Source of the DNA: Acidobacteriota bacterium
GTDB taxonomy: Bacteria; Acidobacteriota; UBA6911; JACQSX01
NCBI GenBank assembly: GCA_036507075.1
Contig: DASXQR010000228.1
Coordinates: 32,001 to 96,000 of the forward strand
Reading direction: 5' to 3'
DNA: 64,000 bases
Position numbers and translations under genes: made by a program. Below are positions 60,893 to 64,000 of the stretch, piece by piece (within the stretch, counting starts at the first letter, position 1; each line of letters opens with the position of its first letter). The notes under the pieces are model-generated. The model was not told the origin of the DNA, made no database searches, and worked only from the letters and a program-made list of their open reading frames with translations.

Positions 60893-60980
60893 TGCTTCAC
60901 CACAAAGACACAAAGGACACGAAGGGTCTCCGCGTCTCAGCTTTGTGTTCTTCGTATCTTTGTGGTGAAAAAAATTCTTA

Positions 60981-61445
60981 TCAACCGCGCAACACGAAAT
61001 CGACCTCGAACATCTCGTAAGCGGTCTTTTTCATCCCCAATTGCTGGTAGCTGCGTTGCGCGCGCGCGTTGTGGGCTTCTACATAAAGTCTCAACCCACA
61101 GACATCCGCTCTGCGGCGGGCCAGTTGCTCCACATGCTTGTACAATGACTTAAAAATACCGTGCCGGCGGTACTCCGGTTTGACGTAAACGCTCTGGATC
61201 CACCAGAAGTTTCCGTTGCGCCAGTCGCTCCACTCGTATGTAAGAAGCAACTGCCCGACAACCTGGTCACCTGCTTGAGTGACGTAATAAACGCCTTTCG
61301 AAGCGTCCTCCAGAACCGTTTCCACTCCCCGGGCCAAAGTGGGGCGATCCAACTCGCGTCCCTCGGTTTCCAGAGCCATGCGGAAGTTAAACTCCGCGAT
61401 CGTCGCGACATCCTCGGTATTAGCTTGGCGGATTTCAAATTTCAT
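60981..61445 (-). CDS. GNAT family N-acetyltransferase
   Basis: TYEWSDWRNG.FWWIQSVYV.PEYRRHG, LRLYVE..N..AQ..Y..LGM. Confidence 0.92.
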   Translation of the reverse strand: MKFEIRQANTEDVATIAEFNFRMALETEGRELDRPTLARGVETVLEDASKGVYYVTQAGDQVVGQLLLTYEWSDWRNGNFWWIQSVYVKPEYRRHGIFKSLYKHVEQLARRRADVCGLRLYVEAHNARAQRSYQQLGMKKTAYEMFEVDFVLRG

Positions 61446-61630
61446 AGGCAAACGTCCCCACGCTCTCAAAAACGGAACCGCAAAGAACGCAAAGAACGCT
61501 AAGCCTGTAATGGATCTAATCCAGGCTGCTTCGCATAGACAATTCAAAGTGCGGACAAATGCATTATGCGCCGCCGGCGAACTGGTGTTAATAATCTTGG
61601 CGTTCTTGGCGCTCTTCGCGGTTCAAGCTT

Positions 61631-64000
61631 TTATTTATCCGTCCACGCCGGGATGCGCCCCGGGGTCCAGGGGGCGCCGGCGGCCTCGGCTGCTTTTTCC
61701 AGTTTGACAGCATCGCTCTCAACCAGCACGCGCAGCTTTTCCAGCACCGGTTTGAATTCATCGGCGGCAATGTTGTACTGCTCGATCTGCGTTTGAGTGG
61801 GCCGGGCCGCCGCCATGCGCTGGCGACTCGCGATGCCGGCCACGCGATCGCTGATGGAAGGCGGCGGCGTGTCGCTGAGAGCGCGATCGCCCCGCAGCGC
61901 ATGAAGAATCTCGTCGGCGCGCTTCTCCAGGGCTGTAGCGTCTTGAGCCAGTCGGGCCCCCGCTTCGGGAGCCTGCTCCAGAGCGCGCTTTATCAGTCCC
62001 AGACGGCCTTTCAAACTGGCGGCCGTATCCAGCGCGCCTGTCACAGCCCGCTGCAGACGCGACACTTTCTGCTGAAATTCTCCTACCGCGGCGCGGTCAG
62101 CGGCGTTCATCCTGTCGGCGCCTTCGGCGACCACTGAGAAGGGCTGCGGGCCCGCCAGAGGCGTGACCACACTATTGACCTTCTTTGCCAGCGACACGGT
62201 AAATTTACCCGGCATGACCAGGTAACCCGATGGTCCTTCGCCGCCGCCTTCCTCGCCCTCTTCACGCGCAGGGCCACCGCGACCGGGGCCGCGCCCAATC
62301 GCCGGCCCTCCTTCAGCCGGCGGCGCGATGAGGACAGGCGCCGGATAGCGCAAGTCCCAGGTAACGCGACGAACCCCGGCGGTGGCTTGCGTACTGATCC
62401 TGCGCACCAACTTCCCTTCCGCGTCGCTGACCGTCAGGACCACCGCGGGTGATTCTTCTTCTCTCTCTTCTCGCAATTCCCCCGGGGTCGGATAACGGAT
62501 CGGGACGCCCTTCCTGACCGCCTCTCGCTCCAGTTCCTGTCGCCTCTGGCGTTTCGTCTTGATCGATTCCTTCAGGTAAAAAGTGAAAGTTGCGCCATAG
62601 GGTGGATTACTCGCGGTGAAGAATGATTCTCCCTGTGCACCCTTGCCGCGGCCGCCCAGAGGACTGGATTGAACGTACATCAGCGCGTCTTCCACGGGAA
62701 AGAGTACGGCATCCTGAGCCAGCGTGTCGGGCTTGAGCCCTCGCAAAGGACTATAATTATCCAGAATGTAGATCCCTCGTCCGAACGTCGCCACAGCAAG
62801 ATCGCTTTCGCGCCTCTGAATGGCAAGGTCGCGCACGGCAATCACCGGCAGGCCGCCCTTTAGCTGGATCCACTTCTCGCCGCCGTTGACGGTAAAGAAG
62901 AGGCCAAATTCCGTTCCGACAAACAGGAGACTCGCATTGACGTGGTCCTCGGCGATTGCCAGAACCGAGCTTCTCTCGGGCAGATTGCCCTTAATCGAGA
63001 TCCAGGTTGCGCCCGTATCCGTGCTCTTCAACAAATAGGGCGCGAAATCGCCGTTTTGATGATTATCAAACGCAGCGTAGACGGTTTTCACATCGTGTTG
63101 TGAAGCGACCATGCGGCTGACATAGGTATTGTCGGGAACGCCCGGGAATTTATCGATCTTGCGCCAGGAGCCACCGCCATTTTCCGTCACCTGAATCAAG
63201 CCGTCGTCGGTTCCAACGTAAAGCAGCCCCTCCTTTTTCGGCGACTCGGCAAGAGCGGAGGCATTCCCATACAGCGCCGTCGAGGCATGCTTGGAGACGG
63301 CGTCGGGTCCCCAGATTTTGCCCATCACCGGCAATGCATTACGGTCCAACTGCCGCGTGAGATCGCCGCTGATGGCGCGCCAGTCGTCCCCGCGATTGTC
63401 GCTGCGGTACAACCTGTTGCCCGCGTAGTAAAGCCTCGCATGTGAATGGGGACTAATGATGAAGGGCAAGTCCCAGTTGGTCCGCAGCGTCTCTTCGCCT
63501 TTTCCCGCGAGCGGCCGAATACTGACGCGCTCGCCGGAACGGCGGTCAAAACGTACCAGCCCGCCGTTCTGGCTCTCGGAATAAACCGTGTTCGGATCTT
63601 CGGGATCGACGTGCGAGCGGAATCCGTCGCCTCCGTTGGTGACAAACCAGTCTGCGTTGACAATCCCCGCGGCGTTATGGGTTCGTGAGGGACCGCCCAC
63701 GCTGAAATTGTCCTGCGTTCCGCCATAGACATTGTAAAACGGAGCCCCGTTATCAACGGCCACATCATAGAACTGGCCCAGCGGCAGGTTGGCTTTGAAT
63801 GCCCACGTCGCGCCGCGATCGAAGCTTTCGTAGACTCCGCCGTCGCAGCCGACCAGATAGTAGTTGGTATTGTTCGGATCAATCCAGATGGTGTGATTAT
63901 CGCCGTGCTTGGACCTCTCGCCAAGCGGACGCAGCGTCCTGCCGCCATCGTCCGAGACCTGAATGTTGACGTTCATCACATAGATGCGGTCAACACTCCT
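61631..64000 (-). CDS. VPS10/BNR-repeat glycosyl hydrolase-like protein (5' end outside the window)
   Basis: Repeated S.D.G.TW Asp-boxes, GGTQDN, GGDGF, VGTDDG, ATFGRG. Confidence 0.9.
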   Translation of the reverse strand, partial: RSVDRIYVMNVNIQVSDDGGRTLRPLGERSKHGDNHTIWIDPNNTNYYLVGCDGGVYESFDRGATWAFKANLPLGQFYDVAVDNGAPFYNVYGGTQDNFSVGGPSRTHNAAGIVNADWFVTNGGDGFRSHVDPEDPNTVYSESQNGGLVRFDRRSGERVSIRPLAGKGEETLRTNWDLPFIISPHSHARLYYAGNRLYRSDNRGDDWRAISGDLTRQLDRNALPVMGKIWGPDAVSKHASTALYGNASALAESPKKEGLLYVGTDDGLIQVTENGGGSWRKIDKFPGVPDNTYVSRMVASQHDVKTVYAAFDNHQNGDFAPYLLKSTDTGATWISIKGNLPERSSVLAIAEDHVNASLLFVGTEFGLFFTVNGGEKWIQLKGGLPVIAVRDLAIQRRESDLAVATFGRGIYILDNYSPLRGLKPDTLAQDAVLFPVEDALMYVQSSPLGGRGKGAQGESFFTASNPPYGATFTFYLKESIKTKRQRRQELEREAVRKGVPIRYPTPGELREEREEESPAVVLTVSDAEGKLVRRISTQATAGVRRVTWDLRYPAPVLIAPPAEGGPAIGRGPGRGGPAREEGEEGGGEGPSGYLVMPGKFTVSLAKKVNSVVTPLAGPQPFSVVAEGADRMNAADRAAVGEFQQKVSRLQRAVTGALDTAASLKGRLGLIKRALEQAPEAGARLAQDATALEKRADEILHALRGDRALSDTPPPSISDRVAGIASRQRMAAARPTQTQIEQYNIAADEFKPVLEKLRVLVESDAVKLEKAAEAAGAPWTPGRIPAWTDK

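Noticed and set aside
1..64000. tRNA or rRNA genes
   Set aside because: None recognised by eye; tRNAscan/Infernal were not run

Overview
GC-rich bacterial chromosomal window, probably Acidobacteriota (inferred from the TonB-receptor type, VPS10/BNR, PQQ-like propeller and ECF/anti-sigma gene styles). Left to right: (i) a housekeeping run moxR-DUF58-transglutaminase-rimO-yacG-pgpA-cinA-thpR, interrupted by a secreted tandem-domain gene; (ii) a divergent selenoneine-type pair senA/senB with no selD in view; (iii) envelope and metabolic genes (split MprF-like pair, ChrB, YbbA/YbbP/TesA, PQQ-like propeller, ankyrin, S9 peptidase, ECF pair, HD-GYP); (iv) a MazEF-type toxin-antitoxin pair; (v) a MarR / GAF-GAF sigma54 activator locus upstream of a STAS-MFP-SDR-RND-OMF efflux cluster; (vi) a TonB-dependent receptor pseudogene split by a complete 2435-bp IS1595-family element (27-bp perfect TIRs, 8-bp TSD) carrying passenger ORFs. 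Best novel candidates: two paralogous ~56-aa membrane microproteins 35 kb apart, each behind a sigma54 -24/-12 motif; the inferred MarR->enhancer-binding protein->sigma54 cascade; the IS cargo; and a dense system of nested inverted intergenic repeats built from a few recurring motifs. All calls come from reading the sequence; no database searches were run.
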